From positions 5,760,001 to 5,824,000 of the forward strand of contig OZ223209.1 in NCBI GenBank assembly GCA_965140415.1: DNA of 64,000 bases. Reading direction: 5' to 3'. Position numbers and translations under genes: made by a program. The notes under the pieces were generated by a model. The model searched no databases. It saw only the letters and a list, made by a program, of their open reading frames with translations, and had not been told where the DNA came from. Positions 9,000-20,000 of this stretch are shown in pieces. The DNA comes from Myxococcota bacterium. Lineage in GTDB: Bacteria; Myxococcota_A; SURF-8. Positions within the stretch are counted from its first letter, which is position 1; each line of letters opens with the position of its first letter.

Positions 9000-9896
9000 A
9001 TGCACTTGTGGTTTTATCGAATGATTGCCGGTATCGGGCGCAGAATCGGGTTATGGTTTGTGGCCTGGGTCTCCTGGCTGATCAGTAGCTGGTTTTTCTT
9101 TTTCTTTCCTAAACGGCTTAAAACCAGTTTGCATTTTTATAAAGCCTTGTTCCCTGAACGTAGTCTGCTTTCGCGATTACGCTTAAGCTGGAGGCAATAT
9201 CACAGCTTTGCGGCATTGTATGCCGAGCGCCTGCGGTATCGTGCGGCAGGCAAGTTGGAGTATCAGTCGGAAGGCTGGGAGCATATCCAAAACCTGCAAC
9301 AACAAGGCAAGGGCGGCATTTTATTGATGAGCCACGTCGGTAGCTGGGAGGCGGCGGCTTTTGCACTTCAAAGCGAAGGGCTGCGCATCATGGCCTATAT
9401 GGGTTCGCGTGAAGGCGAGCCGATAGAAGAGAAAATGCGACAGGATTTGCGGCGGCAGGGAATTGAAATCGTGGCGGTGGCTAGCGATGGCGGATCGCCT
9501 TTGGATGGTTTGGCGGGAATACGTTTCGTTCGCGATGGCGGTTTTCTGACGTTGAGTGCGGATCGGCTGTGGAGAGAGGATCAGCCAAGCATTCAGGCGA
9601 CATTTTTAGGCCATCGGGTTTGCCTGCCGAAAGCACCGTTCGCTTTTGCGCTGAGTAGCCATGCGCCGTTGATCGTCTTTTTCATCACACGTGATAAAAC
9701 ACAAAAAGGTACACCGGGCGAGTATCGTTTTACTGGTTGTGAGCCGATTTATGTTGAAGCAACCAGCAGATCCGAACGCGACCTCGCGATGCAACAAGCT
9801 GCACAGCGTTACCTTTCGTACCTTGAAGAAACCTTACGAAACACTCCGGAGCAGTGGTATCACTTCGAAGCCTTCCTAGGCGAAAAAGTCCAATGA
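9000..9896 (+). CDS. Lysophospholipid acyltransferase family protein (LpxL/HtrB-like)
   Basis: GILLMSHVGSWE, ADR motif, FLG...LPKAPF, PEQWYHF. Confidence 0.88.
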   Translation: MHLWFYRMIAGIGRRIGLWFVAWVSWLISSWFFFFFPKRLKTSLHFYKALFPERSLLSRLRLSWRQYHSFAALYAERLRYRAAGKLEYQSEGWEHIQNLQQQGKGGILLMSHVGSWEAAAFALQSEGLRIMAYMGSREGEPIEEKMRQDLRRQGIEIVAVASDGGSPLDGLAGIRFVRDGGFLTLSADRLWREDQPSIQATFLGHRVCLPKAPFAFALSSHAPLIVFFITRDKTQKGTPGEYRFTGCEPIYVEATSRSERDLAMQQAAQRYLSYLEETLRNTPEQWYHFEAFLGEKVQ

Positions 9897-10188
9897 ACTT
9901 TACGTTTTGTGGTGAAGAATGTTGCGCGCAGTCGCCCCCTGACGAAGTGGCTTGAAGTCAGGCCGAGGCTCCCCGCCCTCTCACCCCCGGTTGTCATGCG
10001 TTTTGCGAAGCCGTCACGGCGTTTGCAATCGCATCCACATTTTTTCAGTGACAGGCAAACGCCACGCCGGAGCAAACCGCACGCCAACCTGTGTTATTGA
10101 AATCAGGTGACGGTGCCAATTGCCAAACGATTACTGGAGTGTTATGGTTTTCGAGTTACTGGGTTCTTGTTCGGGTTTGGCGGAGTCC

Positions 10189-10215
10189 CTGGATTCCCGC
10201 CTACGCGGGAATGAC
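10189..10215. repeat. Short palindromic element CTGGATTCCCGCCTACGCGGGAATGAC (dRS3/REP-like)
   Basis: ATTCCCGC-N-GCGGGAAT hairpin, a widespread intergenic repeat form. Confidence 0.65.
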
Positions 10216-10255
10216 ATGATGATATGTATCGATACACAGTGATTGAGAATGACGA

Positions 10256-11245
10256 ATGGATCTGAAAGCGAAAGTAAAAATCGGGTTATCGGTTGCCCGG
10301 TATAATTTGAATGGGACACGCATTCCCATTGCCGTTGCGTGGCTGATCACCGGGCGCTGCAATCTTGCCTGCGAGTATTGCCAGTGGAAAGATTTGCGCC
10401 AAAGTGAGGAACTGGATACAAAGCAGGCGCTAGATATGATCGATCAAATGAAGCGAGCGGGAACACAACTGATCTCGATCACCGGCGGCGAACCGCTGTT
10501 ACGCAAGGACATCGGGCAGATTGTGAAGTATATCAAGCGGCAGGGAATGGTGTGCAAATTGAACACTAATGGCGTTTTGCTCGATGAGAGGCGGCTTGCC
10601 GAGCTATCCGGACTAGATCTGTTGCAGGTCAGCCTGGACGGTCCTCCGGATGTGCACGATCGATTGAGAGGCGAAGGTTCCGCGATGCGTGCAGTGCGTG
10701 CGATTGTTTTGGCGAAGTCAAAAGGGATAAAGGTACAGTTGATCGCCTGTTTGACACGGGAAAACGTGGAACGGATCGACGAGGTACTGGATTACGGACT
10801 GGAGTTGGGAGTCGGTTTTTATTTCCAGATTCTGACCCCGCAGCCGTTAAACGCGGAGGAGATCGACCGCTCGGTACCGGATCGAGAGAGTTTAGCCAAT
10901 ACATTGCGCTACCTGCTGAAACTGAAGCGCAGCAAGCGCGGGAGAGGACGAGCCGTTGGAAGCAGCGAAAGCGAGCTGCTTTATTATCTCGATATGGTTG
11001 AAGAGCAGCGCCGCGGTTGTGATTGCGCGTTAGTTACAGCGACCATGCTTCCCGATGGCAAGTTGATTTTCTGTGGCAACAGGAAAGAGATTCAAGCTTT
11101 CGATACCAAAGCGATGGGATTTTCCGAAGCGTTTTCGAAATTGACGACACCGGATTGCGACGGTTGCGTGTGCGTGGGTAAGCTGCGCTTATCTAAAGTT
11201 TTTCGACTGGACACCGGTTTGATTAAGGAAATGATCAAACTGTAA
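10256..11245 (+). CDS. Radical SAM protein (PqqE/twitch-like)
   Basis: CNLACEYC, TGGEPLLR, SLDG..VHD.LRG, C-terminal C...C...CDGCVC. Confidence 0.9.
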   Translation: MDLKAKVKIGLSVARYNLNGTRIPIAVAWLITGRCNLACEYCQWKDLRQSEELDTKQALDMIDQMKRAGTQLISITGGEPLLRKDIGQIVKYIKRQGMVCKLNTNGVLLDERRLAELSGLDLLQVSLDGPPDVHDRLRGEGSAMRAVRAIVLAKSKGIKVQLIACLTRENVERIDEVLDYGLELGVGFYFQILTPQPLNAEEIDRSVPDRESLANTLRYLLKLKRSKRGRGRAVGSSESELLYYLDMVEEQRRGCDCALVTATMLPDGKLIFCGNRKEIQAFDTKAMGFSEAFSKLTTPDCDGCVCVGKLRLSKVFRLDTGLIKEMIKL

Positions 11246-11609
11246 GGTGAAATACAATTCTTTTCACCGTTTGGTTGCATCACAAATTATTGCGATTTTC
11301 AGAAAAACCGCTCATGGTAAGTGATTGGCAAAGCCAATTGTATCGAACCATAGCGAAAATCCCTCGATACTCCGCCCTTCGGACGGCACTCGGGATGAGC
11401 GTTGGTAAACCTAAAGAATCAATGCACTATCTTGTGATGCCCCCTCATCGTTTGTTTTTGGTTCTTTGCGACTTCATCATGTTGCCTCACTTTGTTCAAT
11501 GTGCTACAAAACATCATGGCTGACCCCGATTGAGATGAATTCGATTGAACGCTTGCATCGATTCGGCAAAGCCACGTCTAGTAAAACTGTTGTCACTTGG
11601 AGAGATACC

Positions 11610-13754
11610 ATGAAACGTTATGTTGTTGCGTTGTTGTGTGTGCTATGGATGCTGCCTTCGTTTGCCGTGGCGGAGAATGGCAATTCGAGTACGAACGAAG
11701 AGCCTGCTGCCGCTTCTGAAACGGCGGCTCCAACGTTGGGAGAAGTGATCATCAGCGCGACCCGTAGCGAGGATGAAGCTTTTTTAAGCGATCGCAGCCT
11801 GAACGTGATCGGCAGTGAAAAAATCACGCAGCATGCGCCGCGCAGCCTCCCGGAATTGCTGCGGGAATCCACCGGAGTATTCGTTCAACATACCAACTAC
11901 GGCGGTGGCTCACCGATTCTGCGTGGCATGGTCGGACCGCAGGTGCTGCTATTGGTGGACGGCATTCGCCTGAACAATTCGGTTTTTCGTACCGGACCTT
12001 TGCAATACGCCAACCTGATCGATCCGTACGCAGTGGAACGACTGGAAGTGGTACGCGGTCCCGGTTCCGTGCTGTATGGCTCCGACGCCATGGGCGGTGC
12101 GATTCAGGCACTGACCTTTTTCCCGCGTGATCGCCGCTACACCAATGACAAGGCCGATGGTCGGGGGCTGATCAAGTTGGGTAGCGCCTCCAGAGAGGCG
12201 ACCTATCACGGTATGCTTGATTCCGGATTCGAAGGTTTCGGCTTCAACGTCAATGCAACGTATCGCGACTTCCACAACCTGCGCGCGGGTGGGGATGTCG
12301 GTGCGCAACCTTACAGCAATTACAGCCAGGTGAACTCCAGCGGCAAGTTGATGTATCGGTTCAATGGGGCAGCGGACGGTGTGACTCTGTCGGCAGGATA
12401 CATGCTGACCCGTATGTACGATGTAGGCCGGGCTGAGAATCTGGAAGTCAAGGACTCCTACAATCTGTACCAGAACGACCATTACCTGGCTTTCGTCAAA
12501 GCGCATTTCCCGGTTGCGGCGATGCATACCGATTTCGATCTGACCTTTGCCTACCAACGGTTTTTCGAGGAAAAGGATTCGGTCAAGCTGGATGAATCTC
12601 ACGAAACGGAGTTGAAACGCACTCGCGATCATACAACGGTAGACACGTTCAATCTCGACGTACAGGGCACCACCAAGCTGTTTGAAGACCGGCTGCGCAT
12701 CACCTTCGGTGGAGAGTACAACCACGACGACATCGATTCGTCGCGCCAGAATCGCAGCGGCACGGACATTTGGACGGACAATGCGTTAACGCCGTTTCCC
12801 GATGGCTCCAGCTATCAATTGGGCGGGGGCTATGTATATCTGCGCGGAAAAGCACTGCCGACCAATTGGGCCGCCGAGTTGAACTTGAACGCCGGGTATC
12901 GCATTCAGTACATGGGCGGCAAAGCAGACGCCAACGGAAGTAATCCGGCGGCGGATTACAGCAATCTGGCACATGTGGCCATGGCAGGCATTCAGGCGAA
13001 TTACCTGCATTACTTCACCTCCGCTTTTACCTGGTCGCAGGGCGTGCGCGCTCCCAACTTGCAGGAAAGCGTGCAGGTTGGTGATACCGGCGACTGGTAC
13101 CATGTGCCCAACAACGATCTGAAACCGGAACGCAGCAACACACTGGAATTATTACTTCGATTCGATACGCCTTACATCTACGGATCGGGTAGCGGCTACG
13201 TCAGTTTCATCAGCGATGTCATCAAGCGCGTTTCGACTACTACGGATGATGGACAGGATACGGTAATGGATAAGCAGGTCGTGCATAACGTCAACGGCGG
13301 CAAGGCGCGCATGTACGGCACGGAAGGCGAACTGGGTTTCCGTTTCGGCCATGGGGTATCGCTGGATGGCAGTGTGACCTATACCTATGGAACCGAGGAA
13401 AAATCCGATGGCGGCGAGATTCCGCTTTCGAAAATCCCTCCCCTGTTCGGTCGTGTGGCGCTGCGTTGGGAGCACACCGTCAATAAAGATCTGGATGTGC
13501 TGGCAGAAGCCTACGTGCTGTGGGCGACGAAGCAGGATCGTTTGTCGGAAAACGATCTGACAGACGTGCGTATTCCCGAAGGCGGCACGCCGGGATGGGC
13601 GACGGTCAACCTGCGGGTGGCTTTGGATCTGTATCAGCACGCCCGATTGACGTTGAACGCCGAGAACCTGTTGGACAAAAAATACAAGTACCACGCCAGC
13701 GGCATTTACAGCCCGGGCACGAACGTCATCGTCGGTGTGGAAGGTCGGTTTTAG
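11610..13754 (+). CDS. TonB-dependent outer membrane receptor
   Basis: Signal peptide from ATG 11610 (RBS GGAGA); plug motifs LLVDGIRLNN and ERLEVVRGPGSVLYGSDAMGG; ENLLDKKY; terminal Phe. Confidence 0.95.
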   Translation: MKRYVVALLCVLWMLPSFAVAENGNSSTNEEPAAASETAAPTLGEVIISATRSEDEAFLSDRSLNVIGSEKITQHAPRSLPELLRESTGVFVQHTNYGGGSPILRGMVGPQVLLLVDGIRLNNSVFRTGPLQYANLIDPYAVERLEVVRGPGSVLYGSDAMGGAIQALTFFPRDRRYTNDKADGRGLIKLGSASREATYHGMLDSGFEGFGFNVNATYRDFHNLRAGGDVGAQPYSNYSQVNSSGKLMYRFNGAADGVTLSAGYMLTRMYDVGRAENLEVKDSYNLYQNDHYLAFVKAHFPVAAMHTDFDLTFAYQRFFEEKDSVKLDESHETELKRTRDHTTVDTFNLDVQGTTKLFEDRLRITFGGEYNHDDIDSSRQNRSGTDIWTDNALTPFPDGSSYQLGGGYVYLRGKALPTNWAAELNLNAGYRIQYMGGKADANGSNPAADYSNLAHVAMAGIQANYLHYFTSAFTWSQGVRAPNLQESVQVGDTGDWYHVPNNDLKPERSNTLELLLRFDTPYIYGSGSGYVSFISDVIKRVSTTTDDGQDTVMDKQVVHNVNGGKARMYGTEGELGFRFGHGVSLDGSVTYTYGTEEKSDGGEIPLSKIPPLFGRVALRWEHTVNKDLDVLAEAYVLWATKQDRLSENDLTDVRIPEGGTPGWATVNLRVALDLYQHARLTLNAENLLDKKYKYHASGIYSPGTNVIVGVEGRF

Positions 13755-13767
13755 GCGATCGATTGAT

Positions 13768-15120
13768 TCAACCGATTTTATAACGCTTCATTTGTGAGGC
13801 GCGCTGCTGAACGCCAGCCTCGTCGAAAGGCTGGATTCCCAACGTTCCATGAATTTCCACATAACGGCTGGAAACACCTGGACATTGCGACTGGAGCAGG
13901 CAGGTACTACAGACATCGGGATGAATGAATTCCGGCTCACGCCCAAGGTTTTGGATTATCGGTGTGGATTTGTCGGATTTACCGCTGGTAATGATTTCCT
14001 CGGTGCTGACGACGTTGATACTTTCCGGACCGGAATAGACGATTTCCGGCAGTACACACAGGGGTAGACCGCTATTGATGGCGAACGGCATTCTGTTGCC
14101 GGGACTTCGCGCGATGATATTCAAAAGCGCGTCGCGCACATCGGAAAACGGCGCGGCGACCTGCTCGGCGTTGATGGCCGCCTGCCCGTTCATCCATGGA
14201 TAATTCAAGGTGATCTGATGGGGGGTGTGATAATGCAACAGGTCGAACAGTTGTGGCAAAACCGGAATATTGTAGGTAGTCAGCACGGTGTTCGAACGCC
14301 AGAATCGGCCTATGCTACGCTGCTGTTTTACATCGCCTAAAATGGTTTTCAGATTTTTTAACGCCTGTAGCTTTTTCTCGAACAGGTGTTCACGCCTGGT
14401 AATTTTGCGCTCGGTTTCGTTATCGGGACCGTGGATGCTCAGCACAATTACCCGCATACCTTTTTCAAACAACAATTCCAAAAATGCGCGATCCGCAATG
14501 CGACTGCCATTGGTAATGACCTCGACATCCTGAAAGCCCATCTTGCTGGCCGCCTCTACCAAGTCGGGAAAATCTGGGCGCAAAGTGGGTTCCAGACCGT
14601 TAAAGGTCAGCCCTTCGTAACCCTGTTCCCTGGCCAGTTCCATCGCTTGCAGGCAGCTCTGTTTACTGCGGCGGGTATACAATTCCTGACGACAGGTGTC
14701 GGTGCAGAAAATACAGTTGGAAGGGCAGGCATGACCGATGGGAAGGTCGATGCGCTTGTCGGGGTCCACGATAAGCAGTGTGTCATCCGTCGATATTTCG
14801 AGCAGATTCAGGATTTCCTGTTCGCTCAGGTTCTTAAGGTTATTTGCGACGATGCGTGCGACGGCTCGTGCCAGCAGCTCGGCTTTAGGGTAAATACGTG
14901 TGGTCTCGGGAAACGACACCGATACGGGACCATCGCTGGCGAAGCTTTTAACGTTACTTTTCGTGGCGAATACCCGAATGCGTACGGTTTCATTTTCCTC
15001 GTGGTCTTGAAAGACCAGCACCGGTATTTCTTCCTCTTGGATGCTTTTCAGCGTAAAGCGCTGAGCGAACAAGACACCCTGTTTTATTGGGGCGAGATAT
15101 TTTTCAAACGGATGCGTCAT
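13768..15120 (-). CDS. Radical SAM protein with N-terminal extension and C-terminal CxxCx5C motif
   Basis: CPSNCIFC, GLEPTLRPD, CSTCLLQSQCPGV..RY. Confidence 0.85.
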   Translation of the reverse strand: MTHPFEKYLAPIKQGVLFAQRFTLKSIQEEEIPVLVFQDHEENETVRIRVFATKSNVKSFASDGPVSVSFPETTRIYPKAELLARAVARIVANNLKNLSEQEILNLLEISTDDTLLIVDPDKRIDLPIGHACPSNCIFCTDTCRQELYTRRSKQSCLQAMELAREQGYEGLTFNGLEPTLRPDFPDLVEAASKMGFQDVEVITNGSRIADRAFLELLFEKGMRVIVLSIHGPDNETERKITRREHLFEKKLQALKNLKTILGDVKQQRSIGRFWRSNTVLTTYNIPVLPQLFDLLHYHTPHQITLNYPWMNGQAAINAEQVAAPFSDVRDALLNIIARSPGNRMPFAINSGLPLCVLPEIVYSGPESINVVSTEEIITSGKSDKSTPIIQNLGREPEFIHPDVCSTCLLQSQCPGVSSRYVEIHGTLGIQPFDEAGVQQRASQMKRYKIG

Positions 15121-15217
15121 TGTAATCCTTCGTTCAATGCAAAGGAATTATAGTGTGATTTCAGAAGCACCGCAATGAGGGATGCAAAAAGAAAAAGATA
15201 TTTCCTATGGGAACACG

Positions 15218-16996
15218 TTATCGAATCGCTTTCAGTTCTCCGGTGCCATAGTGTTGAACGTACTGTTCGCGCAGACCGAAACAGGCCGCATCGTAGCGAC
15301 AGCTTTTACAGGTATCCGCCTTGATGAAATCGCCATCGGATACCACGTTTTCCGGCGAGGGAAAGAAGCGAGGATCGCCATCGAGTATGCAACGCGGCAC
15401 ACCACAAGGCGTCTCCAGGCCGCGAAATACAAGATTTCTTTTTAGACAACGCTCCAGCGCCTGCTTCAGGTAAGGTTTGACTTCCGAAAGACGCGGCACC
15501 AACTCGTCGAAGATATCCGAGAAATCCGTTCCGATGGGAGCGATGAATGCCAGATTCAAAAGCAGCTTGTGTCGCACTTCCGGCGAAAAGCGTTCGTAGA
15601 GCCAGTCGATGAATTCAGGCAGATCGCGATAATTCGCCTTTTGGATCAGGTGATTCACGACAACTCCCTGCGGCAGGGTGGACAACAGCTCGATGCCCGT
15701 CGCCGTCTTTTCGGTGACGCCTGGACGTTTCGTCAGTTGCTCCAGCACCGGTGGGCGGTGGGAATGCAGGGATACGAAAGCCTGATCGAGCCCGGCATCT
15801 TTTAATGCCTGCACACGGCTTGGATCGTTCAGCAAAACGGCGTTGGTTTGTAGAATCACGGTCTCCGTGCCGATGCTCTTTGAATATGAAATCAATTCCG
15901 CCAATGGTGCAAACAGAGCGGGTTCGCCGCCGGAAAGAGTCAGACGCTTTGGACGCACCAGGGCGAGGCGCTGTTTCTGTTCCTCCAAACTCGGCGAAGG
16001 TGCATCGGCGCGCACGAAACAGAAAGAACAGGCTTCGTTGCAGGCGAGCGTCACACGCAAAATGGCGCTAGGGGAATCGGTGGAGGAAGACTGGAAATAG
16101 TCGATTCCCAGCGGCTTCGGTGCGTGACGTTGTTCTGTGGCGTATGCAGCAGGCAGGCGCGGGCAGCGTTCGATCCACAAGCAACGATAGCAGCGCAAGC
16201 GACCATGCGGCGCATAATAGCGACTGCGTTCCAGCATGATTTCCTCGGGATAGCGCAAGGGATCGACCACCGGCAACGCCGGGAGGATCTCGAAGGGCAA
16301 CTCTTCGCCAAAAGACAAGCCGCAGGGTGGATAGTCAAATAGAGCGACTTGAAACGCCATGTTGCTGCGCCGACGATACTTCCACGCCACCAGCGATTCA
16401 CGCAAACGGTTTAGATCCGGGTACTGCTGCGCGTTGTCGCCCAGTGGATAGCCGAGCGCGACCGAATCCGCACCCGCTTGCTTTGCCTGTTCGATTTCGG
16501 TATCCAGCCAATCGGCGGCGGCCTCATCGACACCAAGCCAGGACGTAACGGGAATCTTCAATGCCACCAGACGTGTGAGCATGTGGCGGTATGACTGGAC
16601 CTCTTCTTTTAAAATAGTCGCCGGTGCAGGTTTGCGCACAAAGACACGCTCAATACCGGATGCCATCAACGCGCGCTCGAAGGGATCAGACCATGTGGTT
16701 TGCGTTTGCAGCACCAGAAAAAGAGACGTGAACCCGAGCTTCTTTGCGGCTGCAAGCAGTTTCGGAAACTCCGGGTAACTTTCCAGGTGATCTCCATCGA
16801 TCAGTAATGATGAGCGATCCTGTTCGCGCAGTCGCTTTAAATATAGAAGCAGCGTACGCAGATCGGGATAGCGCCCTGCCCGTCCGAGTATCAGGTGAGC
16901 GCCCTGCATCATGGCATGACGGCAGGGGGCCAGCGGCAGCGTATCCAGGTAGTGCCGATTCTCCCCACTCAGACTTTCGTAACGCTGCTCGGTCAA
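15218..16996 (-). CDS. Tandem radical SAM protein (degenerate N-terminal copy, intact C-terminal copy)
   Basis: C-half has CNEACSFC, SGGEP, CKSCRYDAACFG; N-half lacks CxxxCxxC but keeps PPC and CYRCLWIERCP. Confidence 0.8.
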   Translation of the reverse strand: MTEQRYESLSGENRHYLDTLPLAPCRHAMMQGAHLILGRAGRYPDLRTLLLYLKRLREQDRSSLLIDGDHLESYPEFPKLLAAAKKLGFTSLFLVLQTQTTWSDPFERALMASGIERVFVRKPAPATILKEEVQSYRHMLTRLVALKIPVTSWLGVDEAAADWLDTEIEQAKQAGADSVALGYPLGDNAQQYPDLNRLRESLVAWKYRRRSNMAFQVALFDYPPCGLSFGEELPFEILPALPVVDPLRYPEEIMLERSRYYAPHGRLRCYRCLWIERCPRLPAAYATEQRHAPKPLGIDYFQSSSTDSPSAILRVTLACNEACSFCFVRADAPSPSLEEQKQRLALVRPKRLTLSGGEPALFAPLAELISYSKSIGTETVILQTNAVLLNDPSRVQALKDAGLDQAFVSLHSHRPPVLEQLTKRPGVTEKTATGIELLSTLPQGVVVNHLIQKANYRDLPEFIDWLYERFSPEVRHKLLLNLAFIAPIGTDFSDIFDELVPRLSEVKPYLKQALERCLKRNLVFRGLETPCGVPRCILDGDPRFFPSPENVVSDGDFIKADTCKSCRYDAACFGLREQYVQHYGTGELKAIR

Positions 16997-17092
16997 ACCG
17001 CTTCTCCGTGGTTTTCGGAGCCAAAAACGAGTTGGTTCAGGACAAAGCCTGAACCAACCGGATACAACATCGTTGTGAAAAGAAAACTCACA

Positions 17093-20000
17093 TCAGTCCT
17101 GCAACCCCAGAACACCGACGGAGGTATAAGCGATGGTGTACAGGTAATAGCGGTACACATCCGCCGCGTCTTCGTTGTCGAAAATGGCAAAGTGGCCATC
17201 GTCGGGATATTGCAGCAGGCCACTGGTAGCCATCGTCATATCCGGTCCCTGCACGGTGTTGGTAGCCGGACGTGAGACCGGATCGATTCCAATCAGTTGC
17301 AAGCCACCCACCGCCTCCGGCGTCGTCCCGGCAGCGTTTTCGATCTGCGGAATCAAGGCCGCCGTAGCCAGCGCATAGGTGGTGGATTTGGGCGTTTGCG
17401 GGTCCAGCAGTCCGCTTGTGAACATCACGTTTTTCGCCCGGTCGTCGTGCGGCGTGATGGTGTAATAGGGCGCGTAATTGATGGGATCGGTCACTTCCCC
17501 CGCCGTCTGGATCAACAGCAGCAACGGGTGGAATTTGTGCATGTCGTCACGTTCCACCAGGCCGTTGTCTTCCAGCATCTGCAACACGTCGGGATCGGTG
17601 CGTTCCATAACGGTATTGCTGATGCGCCCACCGGAACCGCTGAGCACATAACCCAGGATGTCGTCTTCGATTCCCGCCAGCATCGCACCCGACAATCCCC
17701 CGTGACTGTGGCCGTGGAACAGAATCGTGTTGGTATCGATGGGGATTTCATTCGGTCCGTTGTAGACTTCGCTACCCGGCCAACTCGAACAGACGCTTTC
17801 GGAGATCGTCAGTTTCCCAGCTTTGATGAAAGCGGTCAACTGAATGTTGTCCAGCACCGACTGCCGCATGGTGGCGCGGGCCGATTCCGGGTTACCGAAG
17901 TTGAACGAATAGAGCTCCAGTTCGTCGTTGGTATAGCCGTTGCCGCGTGCGCCATGCAGGGGCTGATTGATGCCGATGGTTGCCAGTCCGGCGGAACAGA
18001 GCTCGTCGGAGATGGCGTAATCGCCGGTTATGCTGTCGCCGATATAATTGTTGTAATCGCCGCCGGTGCCGTGAGAAACCAGCACGATCGGCCAGCCGTC
18101 CTGTGGAGCACTCTGATCGGTGGCAATGCAGAAGGCAAAGTCTAGGGTTTCCACCGCCTGCGAAATCGGATCACCGTTGTCATCGAATACGAAAGAACCA
18201 CCGAAATACTGGTAGGGCTGCGTACCGCTTTGGAAGTTATGCGCGGTGTAATGGCCCTCGAAACAAATATGGTTGTGGTGAGCGCCGGTATAGGCGCAAT
18301 CCACCAGAGCGCCGGCCAGATCGCCGTTTGGATATTCGCTGCGAATGGAATCGCGCATCTGGCGGGTCTGTTTGACCGGATCGTGGGTAGTAAAGACCGT
18401 AGCAACGCGCACGCGATCGGGGTCGAAGGATGTATTCGGGTCCGAGAGCCAATCAACCAGGGGCGCATACGCCGCATCGAGTTTCGTGTCGCCACTTGCA
18501 ACCCCACTGAACACCCAGCTCATCACCAGATCCCGGCCCAGCGGATCTCCAGTAGCATTGGTAACGCCATCGGTCACGATGACGGCATAGGTCGTTTCCG
18601 GCAACAGCGGGAAACCGTCGTACGGTGCAACCGTCAACTGGTTCCCATCCGGCTCGTAGAAGGTCGCAGCCGCAGTCCAGTGGGTTTCGATCGGAACCAT
18701 CGTACCGTAGTCTTCAGAGAGCGGATCGACGTTGACCAGCAGCACCGAGGCTTCCCACTGCATGCTGTCACTGGGAGTAGCGGGCAGGCTGTCCGGGTCG
18801 ATGGCCGCCGGGAAGGTGAAATAGGCCGCCGCATTGGTGCCGAAGCCGTCCAGTTCGCTTTCCATGATCGAGATGTAGCGGTTGATCAGCAGATTGGCCT
18901 GCATGTTTTCCTGGAACGACGGTGTCGGGAAGCCGTTGACCTGGATGTATCCGTCCTCGTCCTTGTAATAGTCGTTCGGGTAGGGAGAAGAGAAGATGTT
19001 GCTGTTGTCGGTGAAATTGAAAAACGCCAGCATACCGCTGACCGGCTGCAACTCATAAGCGGCTTCCTCGTCGCCATCGACAACATCGCCGTCTACGATA
19101 TCACCATCGATGGTATCGCCATCGATGTAATCGCCATCAACCAGATCACCGTCGAAATCGCCATCGACTCCGCAAGTGCAATCCACGTACAGCGAGAAAT
19201 TACCGGTTGCGCCATCCACGCCATCGACTACGACATAGTAGGGTTCACCCGCCAGCGTATTGAAAGTGATGATGTCGTCGGTCGTGCCGGTATTGGCTGA
19301 ATAATGCAAACAGGAGTTGGTGCTACAAGAAGAGAGCACGAACAGGTCGAGGTTGTTGTACAGGTTGGTCAGTTGCAGCGTGGCTTCGCAATCCTCATCC
19401 GTGGCGAATTCATAAATCGCCTCCGGGCCGTTTTCGTTCAGCATTGCATCGCAGCTATAGGATTCCCACACATTGGCTCTGCCATTAAGCAGATTGTGAT
19501 TTCCAATGCGATCCGTGCATTCCAGCGAATTGGTGGAGGGGCAGATCGGCTCCTGGTCGCCGTCGACGTCGCCATCGGTGTAGCAGGCCTGCTGCGTAAA
19601 GGTGGCCGTGCATAAGCTGGGGCAGTCCACCGTGATGGAGCCGTCTTGGTTCACCGTCAGGCCACACATGCCCATAATATCTTCATCGACGAATTCGCAG
19701 CCGGTTACCTGTACCGATTGCGGCGGCAATCCAGAAACCGCTACAGTAACGGTGAAGTCACAGTCGGTTCCCTGCGTCCGTTCGATGACGGCAGATTCGA
19801 TATTGAGTTGATTACAGTTGGGGCCGGTTGCCGAGGCCACGCAGTATTCGCCGGGGAAATTCTCGCAGCCCGCACAACTGACGGTATCACCGTCAACCAC
19901 ATCACCGTCGATCACATCACCGTCGGGCATGTCGCCGTCGGGCATGTCGCCATCGGGTGTATCACCATCGGGCATGTCGCCATCGGGCATGTCGCCATCG

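Noticed and set aside
11466-11609. N-terminal extension of the TonB receptor, or a cobalamin riboswitch upstream
   Set aside because: Signal peptide and RBS support ATG 11610; no B12-box consensus could be recognised.
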